From: Gammaproteobacteria bacterium
Lineage (GTDB): Bacteria; Pseudomonadota; Gammaproteobacteria; GCA-001735895
Assembly: GCA_050298595.1 (NCBI GenBank)
Contig: JBNKUM010000067.1
Span: 2,976 to 66,975 of the forward strand
Length of the DNA stretch: 64,000 nt
Reading direction: 5' to 3'
Shown here: positions 54,335 through 64,000 of the stretch, one piece after another
Layout: the number at the start of each line of letters is the position of its first letter
Position numbering within the stretch: position 1 is the stretch's first letter
Translations under genes and position numbers: made by a program
The notes under the pieces: model-generated
Seen by the model: only the letters and a program-made list of their open reading frames with translations
The model's database searches: none
Told to the model about the DNA's origin: nothing

Positions 54335-56232
54335 TCCTCAGAAATGCCAAAATACAGCAAAAGCTGGAAGCTATCATGCTCATCACCACGGCAGCTGTAT
54401 TAGTGCCGTGTATCCTTGCATTCATGTTTCTTGAGGCCTCATCGGCACGTGATGAGGCCATCATACGTTTAGAATCTCTGGCAACTGTTTTAGCGGTCAA
54501 CAGTAGTGCCGCAATTGCTTTCAGGGATGAGAAGGCAGCATCCGAAGTTATCAACAGCCTTTCTTCTCAGGGTGATATCATCTGGTCAGGCATTCGACTG
54601 ATGAATGGGGAGCTGTTTATCGTGACTAAATCCGGAAGTTTCGAGAAAACCCGTATCCCAAATATCTGGCTTTCAATGTTCAAATCTTTACTGGGTAATA
54701 TCGAGGTAAAAAAAGCGATTGTATTCGATGGGTCCAAGCTTGGTGATTTCATCATTATTGGTGATATGAGTCGGCTGTATCATCATCTCATTCAGCAAAT
54801 ATACGTCGGCCTGGGCATGTTTGTTATCGCCATGCTAATAGCTCTGGTTCTGGCTGATCGGCTGCAACTGGTAGTTTCTGTGCCGGTAAAGAGATTGCTA
54901 GAAACCATGGAAAAAGTCATAGCAGGAAAAGGTTTTGGCTTTAGAGCTGAACGAGTCAGTAATGACGAACTTGGTATTTTGGTCGATGGGTTCAACGAGA
55001 TGCTGCAAAAGATTCAATCCTATGATGAAGAACTGAATAGTCAGCAGAAAAATCTTGAGCTGCAGGTTATAGAGAGAACCCAGCAGCTACAGGAGTCAAA
55101 GATACAGGCTGAATCAGCCAATAAGGCAAAAAGTCTTTTTCTTGCCACCATGAGTCATGAGATACGAACGCCTTTGAATGGTGTGGTGGGGATGATTCAG
55201 GTGTTACGCGAAACGGCGCTGGATAAAGAGCAGCAAAAGTATATCGAGACTCTGGATAGCTCAAGTAAGAGTCTGATGATGCTGATTGATGACCTGCTTG
55301 ATCTTTCAAAAATCGAGTCGGGGAAACTGATATTGGACATTGAACCTTTCTCAAGTAGACAGTGGATAGGCGATATTAGAAATCTGGTCAGCCCTCTTTT
55401 TGACGGTACTCAGGTCGAATTCGACATTAAAGTAAGCAATAACTTGCCGGCCTATCTGCAAGGAGATGCTGCCCGACTGCTTCAGATCGTAGTGAATCTT
55501 GTGACTAATGCGGCCAAATTTACCCGATTTGGAAGGGTGACATTAGATATAGGCGGCCAGCCAGCAAAACAGGGTTATTATGATTTGAGGCTATCCGTTG
55601 AAGATACCGGAATTGGCATACAGGAAGATAAGCTGGATCTCATCTTCAAAGCTTTTCAACAATTAGAAGTGGACCAGATCACCAATAAAGGGGTCGGCCT
55701 TGGGCTTGCGATATGCAAGAGGTTGGCAGATATCATGCAAGGAAGCCTGCGCGTTACCTCTCAACCTGAAGAGGGAAGTTGCTTTACCTTAGAGGTGACT
55801 CTGGCTGAAGCTGAAGTAGGCAGTGATAGCGTCAATAGTGACAATATGCTGGTCATAAACCGGAACCTTTCGGTTCTATTGGTTGATGATGACAATATAA
55901 ATCGTTTTGTTGCACGGTCATTACTGGAAAATGTCGGAATAAAAATCACTGAAGCTCAGAATGGTCAAATTGCCTATGACAAAGTCAAACAGCAGGCATT
56001 TGACCTGATTTTAATGGATATTCAAATGCCTGTAGTGGATGGCATAACAGCGACAAAAATGATTCGAGAATCCGAGGGTGAGGCTCATCGAGTTCCTATC
56101 ATCGGTATAAGTGCCAGCGTCATGAGTGATGAAAAAATTCGCTATCTTGATTCGGGTATGGATGCTGTAGTTGAGAAACCATTGGTGGTCGAGAAGCTGT
56201 TTAAAACTATTCAATCCCTGCTGTATAAGTAG
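54331..56232 (+). CDS. Hybrid sensor histidine kinase (small periplasmic domain, HAMP, HisKA, HATPase, REC)
   Basis: An H-box ([17 protein letters not shown]), HATPase G-boxes and a C-terminal REC ([13 protein letters not shown]). No Hpt domain. Confidence 0.9.
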   Translation: MILRNAKIQQKLEAIMLITTAAVLVPCILAFMFLEASSARDEAIIRLESLATVLAVNSSAAIAFRDEKAASEVINSLSSQGDIIWSGIRLMNGELFIVTKSGSFEKTRIPNIWLSMFKSLLGNIEVKKAIVFDGSKLGDFIIIGDMSRLYHHLIQQIYVGLGMFVIAMLIALVLADRLQLVVSVPVKRLLETMEKVIAGKGFGFRAERVSNDELGILVDGFNEMLQKIQSYDEELNSQQKNLELQVIERTQQLQESKIQAESANKAKSLFLATMSHEIRTPLNGVVGMIQVLRETALDKEQQKYIETLDSSSKSLMMLIDDLLDLSKIESGKLILDIEPFSSRQWIGDIRNLVSPLFDGTQVEFDIKVSNNLPAYLQGDAARLLQIVVNLVTNAAKFTRFGRVTLDIGGQPAKQGYYDLRLSVEDTGIGIQEDKLDLIFKAFQQLEVDQITNKGVGLGLAICKRLADIMQGSLRVTSQPEEGSCFTLEVTLAEAEVGSDSVNSDNMLVINRNLSVLLVDDDNINRFVARSLLENVGIKITEAQNGQIAYDKVKQQAFDLILMDIQMPVVDGITATKMIRESEGEAHRVPIIGISASVMSDEKIRYLDSGMDAVVEKPLVVEKLFKTIQSLLYK

Positions 56233-56283
56233 TCGTCCCTGAAAAAGTTTTCAGGGCGCGTTCCATAGTGTTGTGAATAACTA

Positions 56284-56412
<129 letters not shown>

Positions 56413-56538
56413 TCAGTTAGAAAAAGAGCAAACAGATAACTTGTTGAAAAATAGGTAAAAATCAATGCGATTGCCTGCAAATTCTGTTCACTCATTGGGC
56501 AACCTGATAAAGCTATAAGCATTTGTGAAAAATACATG

Positions 56539-56560
56539 TCCAACTGCGGAATCCAGGATT
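56539..56560. repeat. REP-like motif CCAACTGCGGAATCCAGG
   Basis: The same 18-mer occurs at 7069-7086. Its reverse complement is at 6855-6871. A palindromic variant lies at 62651-62685. Confidence 0.4.
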
Positions 56561-56745
56561 ATTTTGCCAATCCTCGAATTGTCCGTAGAGAGCTATACGG
56601 AATAGCTACTTATCGCTGCTTTACCAAAAAGTAATTGCTGAGTTTAATTGACGCAATATGCATATATCTTAAATAATTAATGCGACATGATATTTAATAA
56701 GCTACAGTACGCAATATAAACAACAATTACACATATGTCGACATC

Positions 56746-58236
56746 ATGAAAGATACGAATCTACCTCCATCTGTCCTCCACAATCGGCTCGATAGCCATG
56801 GCAAAGCTATAGCCTGGGACACTCAGTCATTTCATGACGCACTGATCGCTGCTGGTGCCAACCACTCGTTGCGGACTTCGGAAAGAGAGCTGGAGAATCT
56901 ACTCCCTGCTGCCGTATCGGTGGACAATCTGATCGATGAGACAGGTCGTCAAGCTCTGAAGCTGGTCGTCAGGCAACTGCTGGATGATGTTAAACGCAAG
57001 CGCCACCAGTCCTTGATCCTGCAGCTTGTTGCCTTGCCTGAATCCGGATATCTGTTGCTGGCAAACGATGGTCGTTCTGGCAGGAGATGGATTTTTATTA
57101 ATGAGCTGGATCATCAGACGCTGATAGATGCACTGGACTTATTGGCCGCCGGAAAAACTACATTGTTCTGGCCACATGGCGAGGTGACAAAATATTGCAG
57201 AGATCTGGTGCGGGTACAGGGCAGCATCAAACTCGATTTAGCATCAGGAACTGCTGCATCTCTGGCTACCGTAATATACCGTGAGCCCCTTACGCTACAG
57301 ACCCAGACTCGCCAGAGTGCCGAGTTGATCGAGAAGGCACAACTCTCGCACCTGGACAGGTTAGAGGCCGAGAGCATCTATATCATCCGGGAGGTTGTTG
57401 CCCAGGCGGAAAACCCTGTCATGCTCTACTCAATCGGCAAAGACTCATCTGTGATGTTGCATCTGGCCAAAAAGGCGTTCTACCCCAGCCCGCCTCCATT
57501 CCCGTTGATGCATGTAGATACGCGCTGGAAATTCACCGCTATGTATGACTTTCGGGATCGCATGGCAGAAGAAGTAGGTATGGATCTGATTGTTCACACC
57601 AATCCTGAAGGCATAGAAAAAAATATCAACCCCTACGACCATGGCAGTGCGCTACACACCGACGTGATGAAAACTCAGGGCCTGAAACAGGCACTGGACA
57701 AATACAAATTTGATGCTGCCCTTGGTGGGGCCAGAAGAGACGAGGAAAAAAGCAGAGCGAAGGAAAGGGTCTTCTCGTTCAGATCCACAGCCCATCGCTG
57801 GGACCCGAAGAACCAGAGGCCAGAGCTGTGGAATCTATACAACGGGTACAAGAAAAAGGATGAAAGCATCCGCGTGTTTCCTTTGTCCAACTGGACAGAG
57901 CTGGATATCTGGCAATACATATATCGAGAGAGCATACCCATCGTTCCTCTTTATTTCGCGGCAGAACGGCCAGTTGTTATGCAGGATGGCATGCTGGTGC
58001 TGGTGGACGATGACAGAATGCACCTGTTTGAAGATGACAAGATTGAAATCCGCAAGGTACGTTTCCGTACACTGGGTTGCTATCCGCTGACCGGTGCCGT
58101 CGAATCAGAGGCGGACAATCTCTCCTCTATCGTTCTTGAACTGCTACAGAGCAGAACCAGCGAACGAGAGGGTCGAGCCATAGATAGTGATTCATCTGCA
58201 TCCATGGAAAAGAAAAAACAGGAGGGCTACTTCTGA
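56746..58236 (+). CDS. cysD: Sulfate adenylyltransferase subunit 2 (CysD) with an unusual N-terminal extension of about 190 aa
   Basis: The C-terminal 300 aa are colinear with E. coli CysD ([42 protein letters not shown]). The 570 nt upstream of the conserved region are in frame, contain no stop codon, and begin at the only ATG. Confidence 0.75.
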   Translation: MKDTNLPPSVLHNRLDSHGKAIAWDTQSFHDALIAAGANHSLRTSERELENLLPAAVSVDNLIDETGRQALKLVVRQLLDDVKRKRHQSLILQLVALPESGYLLLANDGRSGRRWIFINELDHQTLIDALDLLAAGKTTLFWPHGEVTKYCRDLVRVQGSIKLDLASGTAASLATVIYREPLTLQTQTRQSAELIEKAQLSHLDRLEAESIYIIREVVAQAENPVMLYSIGKDSSVMLHLAKKAFYPSPPPFPLMHVDTRWKFTAMYDFRDRMAEEVGMDLIVHTNPEGIEKNINPYDHGSALHTDVMKTQGLKQALDKYKFDAALGGARRDEEKSRAKERVFSFRSTAHRWDPKNQRPELWNLYNGYKKKDESIRVFPLSNWTELDIWQYIYRESIPIVPLYFAAERPVVMQDGMLVLVDDDRMHLFEDDKIEIRKVRFRTLGCYPLTGAVESEADNLSSIVLELLQSRTSEREGRAIDSDSSASMEKKKQEGYF

Positions 58237-60104
58237 TGAACGAGCTTATTAAACAGGTCGATGACTACATAGAAACTCAGTCAAAACTTGACCTTCTCAG
58301 ATTCATCACTTGCGGTAGCGTGGATGACGGCAAGAGCACACTTATCGGCAGGATGCTGTATGATGCTCAGTTACTCTTTGAAGATCAGGTTAGCGCTCTT
58401 CAGAGCGATTCCAGAAAGATGGGAACCCAGGGGGGCGATATAGACTTCGCGTTGCTGGTCGATGGACTGGGAGCCGAACGGGAACAGGGAATTACCATTG
58501 ATGTAGCCTACCGCTACTTCAATACCGACAGACGAAAGTTTATCGTGGCGGATACACCGGGGTACGAACAGTACACCCGTAACATGGTAACCGGGGCCTC
58601 TACTGCAGACGTCGCTGTGATACTTGTGGATGCATCGCAGGGGATTCTTAGTCAGACCCGCAGGCACTCATTCATCGCTTCGCTGCTGGGTATCAAGCAT
58701 GTGGTCCTTGCGATCAACAAAATGGATATAGTCGACTATAAAGAAACGATATTCGATCAAATCCATGAAGCCTACCTGAATTTTGCCGAGCTACTGAACT
58801 TTGAGGCTATCACAGCCATTCCGCTATCGGCACTGAAGGGCGACAACGTTATTCAGCGCTCCAAAATGACAGACTGGTATCACGGCCCAACCTTGCTGGG
58901 TTTCCTGGAAACCGTTGATGTTCGAAAATCCCAGCTAGACTATCCATTCCGCTACCCGGTTCAGTGGGTTAATCGTCCAAATTCTGAATTCCGTGGTTTT
59001 TCTGGTACTGTCGTCGCTGGCAGTATTGCGCGCGGCGAAGCAGTCAGAGTGCTGCCTTCTGGAGAAGTCGCCAATGTGAAGGAAATCGTACTGTATCAGG
59101 ATCAGCTCAGCCGCTGTGTTGCTGATCAGTCCGTTACCATTACCCTGGACAGGGAGATCGATATTTCACGCGGAGACATACTCGTTACCGCTGATGACCC
59201 CTGTGAAGTATCCGACCAGTTTGAGGTTACCCTCGTCTGGATGGATCAGGAAGAAGGTTTTGCCGGTCGCTCCTACCTGATGAAAATTGGCACCCAGCTG
59301 GTTAATGCCACAATCACAGACATCAAATACAAGTACGACATCAATACACACGACCGGCTCTCCTCCAAGACATTGCACCTCAATGAAATTGGTCGCGCCA
59401 CCATAAGTCTCGACAAAGCAGTACCTTTTGAGGCCTACGAAAAATGCAGGCAAATGGGAGCCTTCGTACTAATTGACCGCTACCGTTTCGCCACGGTATC
59501 AGCCGGGATGATTTCTTTCGCCCTGCGTCGCGCGAGTAATGTACACACCCAGGCCCTCACTGTTGACAGAGCAGCACGGGAACGGCTGAATAATCACAGC
59601 GGCAAGGTCATCTGGTTTACAGGGCTGAGCGGATCAGGAAAGTCGACGCTGGCTAACGCCATGGAACAACAGCTGTACAAACGGGGTATTCGCACCTACA
59701 TACTGGATGGTGACAATGTCCGACAGGGACTCAACAAGGATCTAGGCTTTACCGATGCAGACAGAGTCGAAAATATCCGGCGCATTGCCGAGGTGGCCAA
59801 ACTCATGGTTGATGCTGGTCTGGTGGTGATGACCGCCTTCATTTCTCCATTCCGTTCAGAGCGCGACATGGCGCGCTCTCTGTTCGGCGAAGGTGAGTTT
59901 ATAGAGGTGTTTGTCGATACGCCACTGGCGATAGCTGAGGAGCGAGATCCGAAAGGACTGTACAGGAAAGCTCGTCGTGGAGAACTACCCCACTTTACCG
60001 GCATAGACAGCCCTTACGAAGCACCGGAAGCGCCCGAACTTGATTTGAATACAGGAAGCTTATCGATTGACGAATGTGTCGAGAAGTTGCTGAAATTATT
60101 CTGA
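58236..60104 (+). CDS. cysNC: Bifunctional sulfate adenylyltransferase subunit 1 / adenylyl-sulfate kinase (CysN-CysC fusion, NodQ-like)
   Basis: An N-terminal GTPase ([18 protein letters not shown]) and a C-terminal APS kinase P-loop (GLSGSGKST). The start overlaps the cysD stop. Confidence 0.9.
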   Translation: MNELIKQVDDYIETQSKLDLLRFITCGSVDDGKSTLIGRMLYDAQLLFEDQVSALQSDSRKMGTQGGDIDFALLVDGLGAEREQGITIDVAYRYFNTDRRKFIVADTPGYEQYTRNMVTGASTADVAVILVDASQGILSQTRRHSFIASLLGIKHVVLAINKMDIVDYKETIFDQIHEAYLNFAELLNFEAITAIPLSALKGDNVIQRSKMTDWYHGPTLLGFLETVDVRKSQLDYPFRYPVQWVNRPNSEFRGFSGTVVAGSIARGEAVRVLPSGEVANVKEIVLYQDQLSRCVADQSVTITLDREIDISRGDILVTADDPCEVSDQFEVTLVWMDQEEGFAGRSYLMKIGTQLVNATITDIKYKYDINTHDRLSSKTLHLNEIGRATISLDKAVPFEAYEKCRQMGAFVLIDRYRFATVSAGMISFALRRASNVHTQALTVDRAARERLNNHSGKVIWFTGLSGSGKSTLANAMEQQLYKRGIRTYILDGDNVRQGLNKDLGFTDADRVENIRRIAEVAKLMVDAGLVVMTAFISPFRSERDMARSLFGEGEFIEVFVDTPLAIAEERDPKGLYRKARRGELPHFTGIDSPYEAPEAPELDLNTGSLSIDECVEKLLKLF

Positions 60105-60321
60105 TGAATAAGTCCTACTACAGAGAAACGCATCTCTAAAGCATGGCAAAAGTACTGTCCTGGTGGGTGACGGCAACGCTCACCAGGGGCCTCATTGCGT
60201 TCTTTATAACCAGTGATTTTATACGGCTCTGACCATCCAGTGATCATGGCAAAGGATACCCTTGAAATGAGGCAGGATGCCGGTTTCATCGGCCTGAGCC
60301 AGTTTGTCTTTAGTCAACTGT

Positions 60322-60636
60322 TCAAATTGGAATAAACTCGACGATATAGGGATCATCCGTCTTTTTCAGCATCTTGCCCATATACCCTGTTTGAGCTCCT
60401 GAGGGTTTGTCTGATTTCTTGTGTGAGGTCTTTAAACGATTTGGATCACTCGACGGTGGCTTGCTGCTGTTTTTACTGGTCAGTGTTGTGCGGTTTATCA
60501 GCACAGAAACTAACAGCAGCAGAACCTTTAAAGCGGCTCGAACAGAAGATGACAGTCCAAGTTCCTGGTCAATCAGTTGCCGGGCATTATGGAGAGTCTT
60601 TTCAACCTCAATCGAATCTATTTTCAATGGATACAC
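60322..60636 (-). pseudogene. IS66-family transposase N-terminal fragment (remnant)
   Basis: The characteristic NSSKPPSSD...GAQTGYMG segment. The ORF ends after 104 aa and the downstream frames are degenerate. Confidence 0.5.
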
Positions 60637-61154
60637 CCGTCCCTTTCAGTACAGGGGTATTCTCGTATGACTTTTCAGGGGCGACTTTTTCTCTTTGTAT
60701 AGCTCTGTGCGCCGTTAAAAAAATGAATTCATGAATGGGGTCACTGTCATGCTGTTAAAGCAATTAAACATTATCAGGTACGACCTGAGTACGCTTTATT
60801 ATACGATTGATAATTCTTGTGAAATTTTCAAAAAACCTATGAAATCCACCCAAGCTTTTTTTATGATTAATTTACGGTGAGTAGTTACACTTAAATTTTA
60901 AATAAGTGTTATAAATCTGTGCATAAATATGGGGCAGAGAGCATTATTCTCTAATGCTGGAATCAATGGCTCTATGCTCCGGACTTTAGCAGTAATCTTT
61001 CACCAGCTCTGAATAATATTAAGCGCGCTCGGTTAGAACTTGATTTTGTCCATGTTTCTATATAAATACACTGTATTGAGTATTTGTATAGAAAGAATTT
61101 GATTATTGAGTAGTATCGTGGCCACAATGTTCCTATTCACTAAGATCTTAAGCT

Positions 61155-62648
61155 ATGGCAAATAAAAATATAGACGTCCTTTTAGTCGGTGCGGGAGCAA
61201 TGAGCGCGACTTTAGGCTCTATGCTCAACCAGCTCGATCAAAACCTTACTATCACCATGGTAGAAAAGCTCGATAAGCCATTACAGGAAAGTAGCGATGG
61301 CTGGAATAATGCAGGCACTGGACATGCCGCTTATTGCGAACTCAACTACACGCCAGAGAAAGAGGACGGAAGTATCGACGTCCATAGAGCCTATGGTATC
61401 AATGCGCGCTACGAAGTAAGCCTGCAATACTGGTCACATCTGGTTAAGAGTGGAGCACTACCATCGCCAGAAAAGTTCATTAACCCTGTCCCGCATATTA
61501 GTTTTGTATGGGGTGAGGCAAACGTAGAGTTTTTACGTAAACGTCATCAGTTATTAATTGAACACCCGATGTTTGAACAAATGGAGTTTACCGAAGACCA
61601 CGAAGTTTTAAAGCAGTGGCTCCCTTTAATGATGAAAAACAGAGATCCTGCGCAAAAGCTCGCTGCTACCAGGGTTTCTTATGGAACCGATGTGAATTTT
61701 GCTGCCGTAAGTAGAGGCATGATTAATCACCTGAAAACTCAGGATAGCTTCAACCTACTACTTAACAGCTCGGTTGAAGATTTAGTACAAAACCCTGACT
61801 CAAGCTGGCAAGCCACTATAAAGAATATTCAGACTGGAGAGACTGAAAAAATTAACGCAAAATTTGTATTTATAGGAGCTGGTGGGGCAGCACTTCCTCT
61901 ATTGCAAAAATCAGGGATTGAGAATATTAATGGTTATGCCGGTTTTCCGGTGAGTGGTCAGTGGCTGGTGTGCAAAAATCCGGATATTGTTAATCAGCAC
62001 ATGGCGAAGGCGTATGGTAAAGCACCGTTAAACGGGCCACCGATGTCTGTACCCCATCTGGACACGCGAATAATCGACGGTGAAAAAGCCTTATTATTTG
62101 GCCCTTTTGCCGGGTTCACTACCAAATTTTTAATCCATGGTTCTATTTTTGATTTATTTAAATCTATTCGTTTAGACAACCTCTGGCCGTTATTAAATGT
62201 TGGCTTAAGAAACTTTGCCCTGATTAAATACCTGATCACTGAAGTCCTGCAAACACATAAGTCGCGCATGGTTGCTTTACGAGATTTCTATCCTGATGCC
62301 AAAAGTTCTGACTGGAAGCTGGCTAAAGCTGGCCAACGCGTTCAAATCATCAAAAAATGTCCCGAAAAGGGTGGCAAATTAGAGTTTGGAACAGAGGTTG
62401 TACACTCGAATGATGGCACATTAGCAGGCTTACTGGGCGCATCTCCTGGCGCATCATTACTGGTACCAATTATTTTAGAAGTTATTGAAGATTGTTTTAG
62501 CGAAAAGCTGGCGACACCGGAATGGCATAAAAAGATTAGACAAATTATCCCATCCTATGGAATATCCATCGTTTCCCATAAGGATTTATTTATGTCGATT
62601 CGTGAAGACACTTTATCTACGCTAAAATTAAACAGGAATTTAAATTGA
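61155..62648 (+). CDS. mqo: Malate:quinone oxidoreductase
   Basis: A 497-aa protein with an N-terminal FAD-binding DVLLVGAGAMSATLG motif and typical MQO length and motifs. Confidence 0.9.
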   Translation: MANKNIDVLLVGAGAMSATLGSMLNQLDQNLTITMVEKLDKPLQESSDGWNNAGTGHAAYCELNYTPEKEDGSIDVHRAYGINARYEVSLQYWSHLVKSGALPSPEKFINPVPHISFVWGEANVEFLRKRHQLLIEHPMFEQMEFTEDHEVLKQWLPLMMKNRDPAQKLAATRVSYGTDVNFAAVSRGMINHLKTQDSFNLLLNSSVEDLVQNPDSSWQATIKNIQTGETEKINAKFVFIGAGGAALPLLQKSGIENINGYAGFPVSGQWLVCKNPDIVNQHMAKAYGKAPLNGPPMSVPHLDTRIIDGEKALLFGPFAGFTTKFLIHGSIFDLFKSIRLDNLWPLLNVGLRNFALIKYLITEVLQTHKSRMVALRDFYPDAKSSDWKLAKAGQRVQIIKKCPEKGGKLEFGTEVVHSNDGTLAGLLGASPGASLLVPIILEVIEDCFSEKLATPEWHKKIRQIIPSYGISIVSHKDLFMSIREDTLSTLKLNRNLN

Positions 62649-62650
62649 AC

Positions 62651-62685
62651 CTGAATCCGCAGTGGCTCAACTGCGGATCCAGCTT
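62651..62685. terminator. Palindromic REP-like hairpin between convergent mqo and prpF (possible bidirectional terminator)
   Basis: gaatccgcagtggctcaactgcggatcc is a stem of about 10 bp with a 6-nt loop. The flanking T/A runs are weak. Confidence 0.4.
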
Positions 62686-62697
62686 GAAAGAAGTTTC

Positions 62698-63876
62698 CTA
62701 AAAACAATCCCCCGGCACACGAACCCAGCCTTCCATCAATACTCGTGCACTGCGACTCATAGCGACTTTCTTTACTGCCCATAGTCCATCAACTTCAGTG
62801 GCTTCTGCGCCCACCTTTAAGGTACCTGAAGGATGTCCAAAAACAACAGAATCCCGTTCACCGCCACCGGCGGCCAGATTAACCAGCGTACCGGGTATGG
62901 TTGCAGCGGTACCGATGGCAACTGCCGCTGTGCCCATCATCGCATGGTGTAATTTGCCCATGGATAAGGCGCGAACATTAAGGTCAATATCTGTGGCATT
63001 AATCTGTTTGGCGCTGGATGAGGTATAAGCCTGGGCTGGTGACACAAAAGCCACCTTGGGTGTATGCTGGCGCGCAGCAGCATCTTCCAGTTTCTCAATC
63101 AAGCCCATTCTGATCGCGCCATGTGCGCGGATGCTTTCAAACATCGCCAGTGCTTTTTCGTCGCTATTAATGCTGTCCTGTAATTCGGTGCCAGAGTAAC
63201 CGATATCGGCGGCATTCAGGAATATAGTCGGGATACCGGCATTGATCATAGTGGCGTTAAATGTGCCAATGCCTGGAACCTCAAGTTTGTCGACCAGATT
63301 TCCAGTGGGGAACATATCGCCTTCACCATCGGCGGGATCGAGAAACTCAACCTTCACTTCGGCAGCAGGGAAGGTGACGCCATCCAGCTCAAAATCTCCG
63401 GTTTCCTGAACCTCACCATTGGTCATGGGTACATGCGCAATAATGGTTTTTTTGATATTGGCCTGCCAGATGCGCACCACTGCGGTACCATTTACAGGTA
63501 CTCGCTCAGGGTCTACCAGTCCACTGCTGATGGCAAATGAACCAACCGCTGCGGTCAGGTTGCCACAGTTACCACTCCAGTCTACGAAAGGCCTGTCGAT
63601 GGAGACCTGTCCGAACAGGTAATCCACGTCATGCTCCGGCTGGCTGCTTTTGGACAGGATAACGGTCTTGCTGGTGCTTGAAGTCGCACCACCCATACCA
63701 TCGGTTTGTTTGCCGTAAGGGTCCGGGCTGCCGATAACACGCAATAATAATTTATCGCGCGCTTCACCGGGAACCTGTGCCGATTCGGGTAAATCACTCA
63801 GGTTAAAGAAAACGCCCTTGCTGGTACCGCCACGAATATAGGTAGCAGGTATCTTAATTTGTGGTACGTGGGTCAT
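62698..63876 (-). CDS. prpF: PrpF/AcnD-accessory family protein (2-methylaconitate isomerase-like)
   Basis: A 392-aa protein with the N-terminal signature IRGGTSKG and conserved catalytic regions of the PrpF family. Confidence 0.85.
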   Translation of the reverse strand: MTHVPQIKIPATYIRGGTSKGVFFNLSDLPESAQVPGEARDKLLLRVIGSPDPYGKQTDGMGGATSSTSKTVILSKSSQPEHDVDYLFGQVSIDRPFVDWSGNCGNLTAAVGSFAISSGLVDPERVPVNGTAVVRIWQANIKKTIIAHVPMTNGEVQETGDFELDGVTFPAAEVKVEFLDPADGEGDMFPTGNLVDKLEVPGIGTFNATMINAGIPTIFLNAADIGYSGTELQDSINSDEKALAMFESIRAHGAIRMGLIEKLEDAAARQHTPKVAFVSPAQAYTSSSAKQINATDIDLNVRALSMGKLHHAMMGTAAVAIGTAATIPGTLVNLAAGGGERDSVVFGHPSGTLKVGAEATEVDGLWAVKKVAMSRSARVLMEGWVRVPGDCF

Positions 63877-63893
63877 AGTTATTTGATCTCTTG

Positions 63894-63954
63894 TTTAACC
63901 ACAGAGGGCACAGAGGTAATTAATAAATAAAATCTCTGTGTTCTCTGTGGTTGA
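63894..63954. repeat. 19-bp inverted repeat (AACCACAGAGG family) immediately upstream of prpF
   Basis: ttaaccacagagggcacagagg ... 18-nt AT-rich spacer ... ctctgtgttctctgtggttga, with 19 of 20 positions complementary. A T6 run follows on the + strand. Confidence 0.5.
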
Positions 63955-64000
63955 TATGTTTTTTAATGATTCGATTCAAGAAAGTCCTGTGCGAAGCGCT

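Noticed and set aside
60014-60289. 91-aa minus-strand ORF
   Set aside because: It overlaps the 3-prime end of cysNC. It is probably a degenerate frame of the IS66 remnant, not a gene.

Overview
This is a chromosomal segment of a gammaproteobacterium, probably marine, with roughly 45% GC. I found no rRNA, tRNA or CRISPR array. The housekeeping content is: a beta-oxidation cluster (long acyl-CoA dehydrogenase, SCP2 protein, fadB-fadA); dusC, rlmC, arfB and a glycerophosphodiester phosphodiesterase; a polyamine module (SpeH-like small ORF, speE, ODC-fold decarboxylase); sulfate activation (cysD-cysNC); mqo and prpF. The window is unusually rich in signalling genes. There are four hybrid histidine kinases. 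One (8890-12552) has an N-terminal ABC-type solute-binding (SBP) domain fused to it. Two others occur as tandemly duplicated pairs of an orphan SBP lipoprotein and a roughly 940 aa hybrid kinase (27287-35982), directly downstream of a REC-GGDEF-EAL regulator (36122-37927). The fourth (54331-56232) sits in an operon with a TonB-dependent receptor and a YfiR-like (DUF4154) periplasmic protein. All three SBP-associated kinases lack an Hpt domain and instead carry a conserved non-Hpt C-terminal helical extension. A second uncharacterised module pairs a GNAT/C39-peptidase fusion with an N-terminally extended RimK-type ATP-grasp ligase (23272-25866). The stretch from about 38.5 to 47.7 kb looks like an accessory and decaying zone. 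It holds a GFA/GNAT/CPBP trio, a truncated GDSL lipase pseudogene, an IS1182-family insertion sequence, ArsR-ArsP plus a Cys-rich thioredoxin-like protein, a frameshifted DUF255 gene and a Kef antiporter remnant. Several intergenic repeat families are present: a roughly 103-nt ERIC-like element in two copies, two REP-like palindromic families, and a CCACGAAG MITE-like element. An IS66 remnant follows cysNC.
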